NCBI RefSeq assembly: GCF_963921235.1
Contig: NC_086108.1
Coordinates: 71,178,001 to 71,242,000, forward strand
Direction of reading: 5' to 3'
Length of the DNA stretch: 64,000 bases
DNA from: Mobula hypostoma
Lineage: Eukaryota
Shown: piece by piece, positions 1 to 10,968 of the stretch
How the letters are laid out: the number at the start of each line of letters is the position of its first letter
How positions within the stretch are numbered: the stretch's first letter is position 1
Made by a program: the position numbers and the translations under genes
The notes under the pieces: model-generated
What the model was told of the DNA's origin: nothing
Database searches by the model: none
The model's input: only the letters and a program-made list of their open reading frames with translations

Positions 1-491
1 ATCTTTGACTTTGAAACTGTGATCTTATAATGACCTAACAATGAGGAACTCTGAGCTTAAAGTCCAATCTGTGCACATTTAAGGTATAAAACAGTTAAGA
101 GATAAATCCAAATTTTAATCAAATCTATTGTTGTTTCACTTTGAGATTGTGACTGGAATCCCTGTGAGATTGATGTAATGAAAATATTTCTCCTTATTTT
201 CTCTATTGCTGTTAAACGTGTCTCTCCACCCCCCCCCCCCAGTGCCATTCTCCCATTCTTGTGTTTTCTCCCCCTGTACTTCAACCTATACATAACATTC
301 TTAGTGAACCCAGCTTGGTTAGTCTTGCTCCATTATAAATATGGTTTCCTCAATAAATCCTGATCGATGAAAGAAGTCTTGCTGGTTAAGTAGGTGTACC
401 ATTAATTAAGTTATAATGTTTTATATTGAATGAATGTTACAACAAGCTCCAGGCAACCACTATTTTTCTTACAGTGCTGCCCAGTACCAAT

Positions 492-645
492 CGCAAACAA
501 GAGAAGATCTGCAGGTGCTGGAAATCTGAGCAACATGCACTTCACTATGCTGGAGGAACTCAGCAGGCCAGGCAGCATCAAAAGAAGATTCTTTCCTAGA
601 TGCTGCCTGGCCTGCTGAGTTCCTCCAACATTTTGTGGGTGTTGG
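492..645. mobile_element. Short fold-back Penelope-terminus element
   Basis: Inverted arms tgctggaggaactcagcaggccaggcagcatc / gatgctgcctggcctgctgagttcctccaaca; 11-bp TSD ccagtaccaat at 481-491 and 646-656. Confidence 0.8.
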
Positions 646-2569
646 CCAGTACCAATAGAATTTTCTTTGATAAAATATTAGATATTATGTCAAACAAGCA
701 CCTGAATAACAGTTTCATTTTTATAGATCAAATATGTGCGAATAATAGAGAAGGGACGCTATGAGGCAACTTCCTGGGTTCGATGCCTAACAAAAAGTGG
801 AGGTAATGCTTCATTGAAAAATTGCAGACATTATTTTATGAAATAAATTTGTGGAGTTTAGTAGTGTACAAGATGAAATTTTGTTGCACGTGGAGAACTC
901 CTGTTTTAATTGTGTTACAGTGAGGGGGTACCAAATAAAAATCACCAAATCCAACAGGAAGTGAGAATAAATTGGGTGCAAGTAATCCTGATTTACCATC
1001 TTACTGATTGACCAGGTAGTTATACAGACCGAGACTGTATAGTTTGTGCATGGTGATGAAGTTGGAAATAAATCCACAAGTTCTCAGCCTGAGGAGGAAC
1101 AGGATTCAAATCATTAGCCACTTATTAGATTGTCAAGTGTGGACACTTGACAGATTCAGAAGAATAAATCTGTCGGTACACATGACTGTCTTGATTCCAC
1201 ATGGGGCAACAGTAACATTGCTGTACTTTGGGATGACCACGGGTGATGTAATAACAAATCTATTGCTTTTCTTTGTTTTTTGGTGGCTGCCTGCAAGAAA
1301 ATGAACCTCAAAGTTGTATATGGCATATATACTTTAATAATAAATAAATCTCTCATTTGCCCCTAGATTTTCAGATTCGCATTTAAAATACACAATTGAC
1401 AAGTTTCTGAAGAAGATTGGGAGGATTCCAAGTTTGGACATCATTCATAAGAAGTTCATTGTTGTCTGAAACTCAGAAACAAAGGTCCTTGGTACATGGT
1501 TCATTTTAGATAAAAGACGAAACAGTACAGATTTAAAAAAAACTTGAATAATTTTATTACAGAGAAAGGACAGTTACTTCAACCAGTTCTGAAATTACAT
1601 GTCTATAGGCCACCAGGATCTGAATACGGCCTCAGGTTTGTGTTACTTTGACAGTATGAAAATACTTGTTCATTAAACAAGTACGCATGCACATGGCTAT
1701 CGCTATCTGATGGTGTTTTTTTATGTTAGTTGTCCTGGTATGATGTTGCTTTACCACTTCCAATTTGTGCTTGTTCTTCCATTAATAATTATGGTGCTCT
1801 GAAAACGTGTGTTATGCCTTCTGGGTATGTACAAAAGGCAACAGTGGGAGTGGCACTTGTTTTGAAGAGGAACCTGTTTAGATCTTGCTGCAGCAGTGCA
1901 AGGTAGTAGCTCGTTTTCAAAGTGAAATCAGGGATGGGGCTTAGTAATGACACCAACATGCTATTGTATAGTGCAGCATTGTAAAATAGTACAATTCCCT
2001 GCCATAACTACACCACCTTTGAAATGTACGGGTGAAACTGTTAACAGATATGATCAATTGTGATTATAATGCACTGAAACTACATGCAGGAAATTGTGGA
2101 ACAACACAGCTGGTGGGAAAAATTGGATCATCTACAAGACTGATGACTGGGATTGCAATTCCCAGATCGACATCTGGTGAGTGTCAATTTGAAGCAGCTT
2201 ATTATGTTGCAGATATTATCAGTGGCCCTACTGTCTTCATTGTGCAGGGGTAAAGTTTTAGCATTTGTTACAGGAGAGAATGGGACCCACCTCGAATGCA
2301 ATTGCATTTCTGTTAGGGAGTGCAAAACTTTCCACCTTCCTCATGAATCAGCGATGGTTTAGATTTCCTGCTATTGCTTTGGACTTCTCTCTTACTTTGG
2401 CTGCTATCCAGTAGATTTCTTGGTCTCTTTCAACATCGGTGCACAGTGTGTGGACTAACTGCAATATTCAATAATTGCACGTACACAGGGCATGAGAACT
2501 AGATCACAAAGACCTACATGCATCTGCTGCCTGTCATTGAGGTTAACAACCCCTTAGCACAGGAAGAAG

Positions 2570-3075
2570 CAACACACACAAACTATTGAAGGAACTCACA
2601 GGTCAGGCAGCATCTATGGAAAAGAGTAAACAGTCAACATTTCGGGCTGAGACCCTTCATCATGACTGGGGAGAAAATATGGTCAGATAAAGAAGGTGGG
2701 GTTAGGGGAGGAAGAAGTATAAGGTAGTAGGTGATAGGTGAGGGGGAGGGGTGAAGTAGAGAGCTGGGAAGTCAATTGGTGAAAGAGATAAAGGGCTGGA
2801 GAAGGGGAATCTGATAGGAGAGGACCTTAGGCCAGGGAAGAAAGGGAAGGGGGAGGAGCACTAGAGGGAGGTGATGCGTGGGTGAGGAGAAAAGGTGAGG
2901 GGGAAATGGGAAATGGGAGGGCGGCAATTACTGGAAGTTTGAGAAATCGATGTTCATGCCATCAGGCTGGAGACTACCCAGATGGAATACAAATCCACCT
3001 TCTTTTTGCTTCATCTTAGCATACCTTTTCTACTCCTTTCACTGTGGCCTCAGCGTGATAGTAGAGGAGGCCACG
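2570..3075 (-). mobile_element. Penelope-like element 3' fragment (terminal repeat plus purine-rich tract)
   Basis: Co-linear with 12480-12970 of the longer Penelope-like copy. Confidence 0.8.
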
Positions 3076-4339
3076 GTGAAAGGAGTAGAAAAGGTATGCT
3101 AAGATGAAGTGGTAAGGTGGTGGATTTGTGCGGAGGGCAGGGGAGAACAGATAATCTTACTGTGCTGTAAACTGGGGTCTTGGCCGAGAGTACCTCCTAT
3201 GTCAATCTTTAAATTTTCCCTGAATCGTTCAGCTTTTCTAACAGAAGAATCAAATCTTGCAGGATCAGCACCAACAGACACATAGAAAGTCTGTCAGGTT
3301 TAATAACAATTGACGAGGTGTTACACTCAAACTTGTACACTCCAAATATTTCAGCTCAGTTTCAATTCTACCAGTGCTAACTGAAGAAATACTCACTGTA
3401 ACTCATGATACTGTACCCCCGTTACCATTCAACCACATAGAGTGCAGCTTCTGTTCGAAGCGGGTGCAATTCCCCCTGCTGTTTTCTGCATTGTCATCTT
3501 CTTTGGCTGTCATCCAGAAGTGAAACTGGCTTGTTTCAGCTCTAGTTTTATGGCTGAGGGGAAGCACATGCTCTTTCATTGAGGAAGCACGGAGGGTAGT
3601 TTGAGAGGTGATGAGGTGTGGTACCCCTTTCACTGTTTACATCGACCTGAGATTCTTAATACTATCCAAATTCTGCTTCTCCACTGGGCCAGGGTAAAAG
3701 TTGGGTACTTGTTTTTAAAAGGAGGCTTTAAAAAGGAATGTTATTGAACCTTTTCCTCTGTCCACCTGGTAATTTCTCCCCTTGCCTGAGCTTGGAATAG
3801 AGCAGTTTCAGGTGCTTGATTATGCAAACAAATCGGTCTCCCAAAAGGCAGCGGCTGAGTGTAACAACAGACTCGATGGTGGTGGGATGCTGGCCTGGCA
3901 TCAATTTTTTTCTCACCAGTAAATTTGGAGGATTTTACAGCGCCAGAATTGGTGGCATCCTGAGCGTCTGCTGTGTGTAGATAGTCCCAGTGTCATGCGT
4001 ATAGAGGAAGGTGAGGATCACTCCTGCTCTGTAGCCACACAAGTTTGTGCCAGGTCTGAAGTCTTTATCTACAAGTACTATTCTCTCAAATGACCAAAGT
4101 CTGGGCTGGTGTTTTGAATTTTGCCAATGACATATGCCTTTGCTGAGAGATGACTCCCACACAATAAGTGGTCCACATTTTTCACGATCTTAAACATTTA
4201 ATGCCAGAAAGCAGTGTTTTACAGCAGGAGCAAGTTTGCAGAGGAACTCAGCCTGGCAGACGTTGTGGAAGGTCCAACTTCATTTTGCTAACTGTACTGC
4301 AGCTGCAGCTCAAACATATTTCAATAATTGTATTTTTTA

Positions 4340-4590
4340 AATTTATTGAGATACGGTGCAGAATAGGCCCTTCAAGCCGCACCCTAGCTTAATCATGGGA
4401 GAATTTACAGTGACCAAATAACCCACCAACGGGTACATCTTTGAACTGAGAGAGGAAACCAGAGAACCCTGAGGAAACCCACACGGTCACAGAGAGAGAA
4501 CGTACAAACTCCTTACAGGCAGCGGTGGGAATTGAACCCGGGTCACCTGTACTGTAAGGTGTTGTGCTAACCATTACACTACCATGCCAC
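4340..4590 (-). mobile_element. tRNA-derived V-SINE (HE1-like)
   Basis: Minus strand has A box tggtgtaatggtta and B box ggttcaattcc, then the V-domain-like gtgtgggtttcctcagggttctctggtttcctc...caaagatgtacc. Confidence 0.75.
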
Positions 4591-4597
4591 CCAATAA

Positions 4598-5068
4598 CAG
4601 ACATCCCACCCTGCAAAAACTCATTTCAGGGAGGTAGCATCATCAATTTGCGGGAGACTTCCGGGAGAGGTGGGATATCTGCAATAGAGTAGCTCCTTAG
4701 CAGCTAGCCAGCTAGTTTAAATAATGTTAGCTATGCTAATGAACGAATGACACCTGTTAAACTCACCTCAACACGTCTTTTACAGTCTTAACCCACCATG
4801 GGTAATAGAAAAGTCACCGTTGCAAACAGTGCAGTGAGCAAAACTGTCATTATTTTTGACCCCTATTAGGCAGGGGTACACTTTAGTGTAGTCTGGGGTG
4901 ACGAATGTTTTATATTTTCTTTTTTTGGAACACTCTGCCATGGAGCTCTCTCTCTCTCTCTCAAAAAAAATTGATTTCCAGGATATTGTATATAATTTGC
5001 GGGCATCAGGGAGTCACTATCAATATGTGGGAGACTCCCGGAACTTCTGGGAGAGGTGGGAATGTCTG
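4598..5068. mobile_element. Non-autonomous DNA transposon (MITE-like) with terminal inverted repeats
   Basis: Left cagacatcccacc versus right ggtgggaatgtctg. caataa flanks both ends (4592-4597, 5069-5074). Internal copy of the right end at about 4650-4685. Confidence 0.65.
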
Positions 5069-5299
5069 CAATAATGACTGGTAGTTAGCCAACTTGCTCC
5101 AATAGGGTAAGGGGTAGGTAGACTGTAATGGCATATTTTAAACAAGCTAGCTCAAATCACCAAACACTGCAATTAAATCTGGAACACAAAAGTAAAGAAT
5201 CACCCATGACGAGGTTGAGTTGAAGCTTTCTAGAGTAATGATGCTAGGATGGCATATATAGAGTGGCAACTCAGAGCAGGTCTCAAACTGTTGGCTCTC

Positions 5300-5927
5300 T
5301 TCAATAAAGACACATTATAAAATAAACAATTTAAACTTACATGTTAAATATTTTAATTATGGATCCCATTCATAACAACTTTACTCCAACAGAACAAGAT
5401 TCATAAGTGCAATGTAAATTACAGAAAATGAAATTCCTCAGCTCTAGAAGCAGATACTGTTAAATAATCACATAGAATGGAGTGATTAATTTAAAGCAAT
5501 AAAAAAAATATACCTTCCTTTCAATTTTTTGAAGATACACCTCAGGTATGTGTTTTTTCATGCTTTCTCTATACAAAAGAACTGAACAAATCTGGATCCA
5601 TCTCTACACTCCCATTTTCATGCAAACATTAATACAGCATCAAAATGTCATCCTTAGTCCAATAAATAGTTTCTGTACACATTGTACATAGATACATATA
5701 AAGTGAACCTTTTCCCTTAACATCAAACTCCTTCTCAATTCTTTCACCATCCATGTTGAGATACGTCCCAACATTCTCCTGTCCAATCAGCTTCAAATCT
5801 CTGCAAGTTAAAGTGCATTGACCACTCGAACAAAAACAGTGAAGAGGGGGTGATGTTTGCTCTGATAAACTTTACTGCTGCTTACGTCTGGGGATAACGG
5901 AGTCTGTTCTATCAGTGTTCTTCAGTT
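5300..5927 (-). other. fzr1 3'UTR (end uncertain); candidate poly(A) signal ATTAAA at 5357-5352
   Basis: AT-rich unique sequence after the stop codon. Only a variant hexamer was found. Confidence 0.35.
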
Positions 5928-5969
5928 TTATCGTATCCTTGTAAAAAGGTTAAGGACAGATTTGGATTC
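5928..5969 (-). CDS. fzr1: fzr1 coding exon 13 ([13 protein letters not shown]), IR tail
   Basis: Acceptor ttttttttcag, TAA at 5930-5928, C-terminal Ile-Arg tail typical of APC/C co-activators. Confidence 0.95.
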   Translation of the reverse strand, partial: ESKSVLNLFTRIR

Positions 5970-8900
5970 CTGAAAAAAAAAGTCAAACAATTAACTGTTT
6001 CAAGAAACATCTAATGCATGCACAAACTTCACATTCATATACTAAGGTTGGATACAAGGCAGCAATTCAATAAAGCTACAGATAAAATCTAACATAATTA
6101 AAAATTAAATTCAAGTGTATCAACTTCATTGATTTGCTGTGCATTGCTCCAACAACTTGTATTAAGCCAGCATGAAAAAGATTCAATTTATAGAACTGGC
6201 AAAATAAAAGACGGGTGGAGGAGAGGAATTTTAACAATTGGTCAAAAAAAAAGGGATGAATGGAAGAAACTGAGGGGGAAAATTAGAAAGGGAATCTATT
6301 TAGTGTGAAGATGATGGTAGCATGATCACCAGTTCTGGGATTAGCAGCTGTTCAGGAATCTGGAGTTAGGCGTATAAATACCAACACCTGAACAAATCCC
6401 ATTAATTTTTAAAGATCAGAGAACCAAGAGAGTCATGAAAGTACGTCTGAAATGGCCAGGAAACATTTACACTGTCAGCTTATAGCGGGGCAAGAATGTA
6501 GTTCAGTATTCAATAGTTTAGTGGGTGCAGAGTGGGAGGGGAATAAATCTCAGGCGAAGAACAAAGGGTCAGGGGGTAGGGCTGAAGCTGTTGGGTAGAT
6601 CGAGTCCATGTGTTGCCCATGTTCTGCTCTGAGAATGGGACGTTCAAGGAGAAAGGTAATTGCTGATGTATAAAGCAGCTAATTCCTTTAACTAATTCCA
6701 AAGGAAGTATATTATGTCCAACTAATCTTTCTTTTAGCCTACTGGGAAAATTTAACACTAATACTGTATCTGTAAAGGCTGAGCACGTATTCTTGAAACA
6801 TTTCTACGGTTCTGTGAAGTTGTTGTAGTTTTATGCATTTGGCTTCATCTAAAACTATCCTTAGCTTTCACAGAGTGTTATCAAACAAAACAGCAGTACT
6901 TGGCTGCACAAGGGCAGTTTACACGTGGAGTGTGTACTGCAGTACACATGGCCTCACTGACAATCAGTATATGCAATAGGTTACAAGGGAATATATAACA
7001 AAAGCACTGCTTCAGAAAATTCTGGATTTTGAGAAATGGCTGATGTCAGACCTTAGTACAAGCAGTTTTGCAAAAAAGCTTCCTCTATTAGATAACCAAA
7101 CTTCTAAAAATTGCTCCATTTAGTGTGAAGCCATGTGGCAAATGGAGGTTGAGAAAGGTACAATATAAGTGTTAGTGCCTCTCAAAAAATAGCTCAGCCG
7201 GAGAAGCAATCAGTCATTGGGCATCTAATAACGACCTTCAACTACCATGTGACTCTAAAGATAAAGACACATTCTTTTCAGCTAGATGGCAACAAAATTG
7301 CACACCAAACTTGTTTTGTAACAACAAACCGTCAACTTGAACACGTACCAGCTACTCAAGAAATCCTTGGTGATTTTCCTCAAAGCACAGACCTATGCTA
7401 ATAATGGACGGATCCCAAATACCCACTCAACTCTCTCGCCCAAAACCCAGATGGAACTTCAGGAAAGCCAACTGGGAAAAATTCACCTCGCGAGTCGACA
7501 ATTTGTGCAGCAGAATATCGCCCACCACCAAACCTTTCCACCCATTTCATAGACTCATGCTGAACTGCGCGAAAGAAGCAATAGTGAGAGGCCATCAACA
7601 AGAATACATTCCTTGTTGGTCTTAAAAAAAAGTGAAGAACTATTTCAAGGGTTTAAAACAACAGACAATACAACTACAGCTAATGATCTCCTCAAATCAC
7701 TCCGTAACGACAGACAAAATAGATGGATGGAAACTGTTGAAAACATGGAGCTCACTCACTCCTACATGAACCCTCCTCAAAAAAACTAGACCCCAACACA
7801 GCACCAAAGCAACAAACTAATTATCCAGTCGGTGCAGACACAGTAGCAAAATACATCAGACCAAGAAGAACACACACTCCTAATCATAAGTTCAAAACAC
7901 AAGTCAGATCCGAATACCAAAAACTTTGCATTAGCTCACTAGATGACGCACCTACATTTCCAATAACAGCAGCTGATGTAAAATCTGCCCTGCAAAATAC
8001 TAACTTAGCAAAAGCTGCGGCATTAACGATATCTATCCAGAAATGCTGCAACATCTCCGAGAAGGGAGTAACAAGTGGCTAACTAGTGCTTTCACTGATG
8101 TCATAACAAAAGGAAAATACCCTGACACCTGGAAATGTGCAAAGTCATTGCAATACCTAAACCAGGAAAGCCTGCGGATGATCCAGCAAGTTACCGGCCA
8201 AGTTCTCTCCTCTGTTGTACTTACAAACTTCTTTGGTGTGTTATTTTATCCAGAATATTATCTCTGATAGATCCTGACATAGATATTGAACAAGCTGGCT
8301 TCAGACATCACCACAATATAAGTGAACAAGGTCTCGCACTCACATCGTACATCAAATCAGGCTTTGAACTCAAAAATAAAACTGGAGCAATTTTTAATCG
8401 CTTTAACTGCTGCATATTACACCATTTGGAACCAAGGGTTAATGTTAAAACTAGTTTTAATGTAAAAACATCCTACATCTCCTCCACCGAATGACAGGCA
8501 CCCAGTCTTTCATCACTGGGCACCCAGCCTAGGAAGTGACACCAGTCGTATTACGTAATTCCACAATGGCGTTGTCCAAGGGTCAGTTCTTGCTCCTACC
8601 TTGTTCAATCTGTACCTCAGTGATCTCCCTGAAACCAAATCTGCTAATGTTAGATACATTGATGACTGGGCTATAGCCTTCCTATTGAATGATGTCAAAT
8701 CCATTGTGAAAATTCTTAGCCAAGATAACAACTCCCTATCCAACTACTTCACAAAGTACTACCTGATATGAATGACAACCAAACAGCAACTTCTATATTT
8801 CACCTGGACAACCAACTTACCAAACTTAAACTTAATATCAAACTAAATGACAGTTACTCAACAATCCACACCCAAAGTACTTAGGAGTCACACTAGACTG

Positions 8901-10932
8901 AACTCTCTCATACAAGATCCACCTTCAAAATGTTGCAAGAAACTAAAATCCAGAATGGTCACGATCAGGAAGATAGCAGGAACTAAATGGGGTGCTAAAG
9001 TCAGTCCTACGAACATCTAGCCTAGCACCATGTCTCTCAGCCACCGAATATTGCACACCCACCTGGGAGAGAAGTGCCCATGCAAACATCATCCATACAC
9101 AGCTGATTAGTTCTATGAAAATAATCCCAGGAGCCCTAAAATCCACACTGGTCTAACAGCTCCCAACAATGAGCGGAATAGCACCCCTGGAGATCCGTAA
9201 GAGAGCAGCTTCAGCAAAATTCTACAAACGTATCCAACATTCCAGTTTGCAAACCCATCGAAAATGCTCCTCCAACTTTCCGATTCGAATCCTGAAAACC
9301 TTTCTACAACTTGAAAACCCTCAGCTCCTATGGTGATCACAATGAATGGCACCAATCCTGGCACACCAATGTGCACCCCCCCCCGAGATCTGATCAGTAA
9401 CTCCACCTCACTCCTCCCGGGATTTACTACTGCTACCAGGAAAAACTGGACAGCTGCAAACAGATTCAGAAGTTGACATGCCAAAACAGTACGAGCACTA
9501 CACTGATGGGGTGCTCGACAAATCCCAGCTTGCCCCTGTGGTGCTCCAACCCAGGACATCCTCCACCTGGACTAAACATGCCCTCACCAAGATCCAAGGC
9601 AGCTTTGCCGTGGTCCATGGCTGGGGCCATGAGCTGGAGGAGCGGCTTGACAAAAAACAATTAGAAGTATGAAGAGAAAAGCACCTGCCATATGAAACAA
9701 CAAGTGTCTCCTTACGGCAGAAATCACAAGTACACAGAGATAGTTTGAAATGGGAGGAGTTAATTCATTTCAAAATATTGGGAATGGAGTAGACTTCCCA
9801 GGATTATTCTTTTTCCCCTTTAATAACTTATCCCAAATTAGACTGAAGTGCTATTATAGAAACAAGTTATAATCAAATTGATGCAAAAATAAATGACAAG
9901 TTGAAGAATCCGTTAGTCTTGCGAGACCATGGATCTGCGCCTGGAAAGTCTTCACTCTCCAGGGCGCAGGCCTGGGCAAGGTTATATGGAAGACCAGCAG
10001 TTGCCCATGCTGCAAGTCTCCCCTCTCCACAACACCAATGTTGTCCAAGGGAAGGGCATTAGGACCCATACAGCTTGGCACCAGTGTCATCGCAGAGCAA
10101 TGTGTGATTAAGTGCCTTGCTCAAGGACACAACACGTTGCCTCGGCTGGGGCTCAAATTCACGACCTTCAAGTCGCTAGTCCAATGCCTTAACCACTTGG
10201 CCACGTGCCCACAAGTTGAAGAATATGCAATGGGAAATTAAAAACATCTTTTCAATAACTAGTTACCAAAGTGTATGCTTTCCCCTAAAAACACAAGTTT
10301 ATTTATAAATCAATCAAATTGGGTGCCACGGTAACATAGTGGTTAGCGCGATGCTATTACAGCTCGGGGCAATACTGAGTTCAGAGTTCAATTCCGGCAC
10401 CATTCTGTAAGGAGTCTCTGTACGTCCTCCTGTGGAATGGGTGGGTTTTCGCCAGGTGCTCTGGTTTTCTTTCACAGCTCAAAGATGTACCGGGTAGGTT
10501 AATTCATCATTGTAAATTGTCCTGTGATTAGGTTAGGGTTAATCGGGTTTGTTGGGGGTTGCTGGGGCACCTTGGTTCAAAGGGTCATAAAGCACTGCTC
10601 CGCACTGTACAGCTAAATTAAAATAAAATTTTAAAAAATGTTTACAACACAACTCTGCTAGCAAATAACACTAAAATGCTTGATACCTTTGTAGAACGAG
10701 TTTTACTGAAAACGTTCCAAAACCGCAAAGTTTCATCTCCGGCACCTGTCACGATTGCCTCGCCATCTGGTGATATGGCCTAAAGATCAATGAAAGGGAA
10801 ATTTATTACCAACACTAAGTGGAAAATGCGCATCCACAGACATTATGTCCCACCATGACTCTAACTCAGAAAAACAACTTGATCTCCTGAAGTTTAGATC
10901 TGTAAGTTGCCTCATAAAGTTGGATAGGTACA

Positions 10933-10968
<36 letters not shown>

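Noticed and set aside
10140..10210. tRNA gene at SINE heads (also 10321-10400, 4520-4590, 50050-50120)
   Set aside because: A and B boxes are present but there is no complete cloverleaf, and each head continues into a SINE body; one has a TSD.
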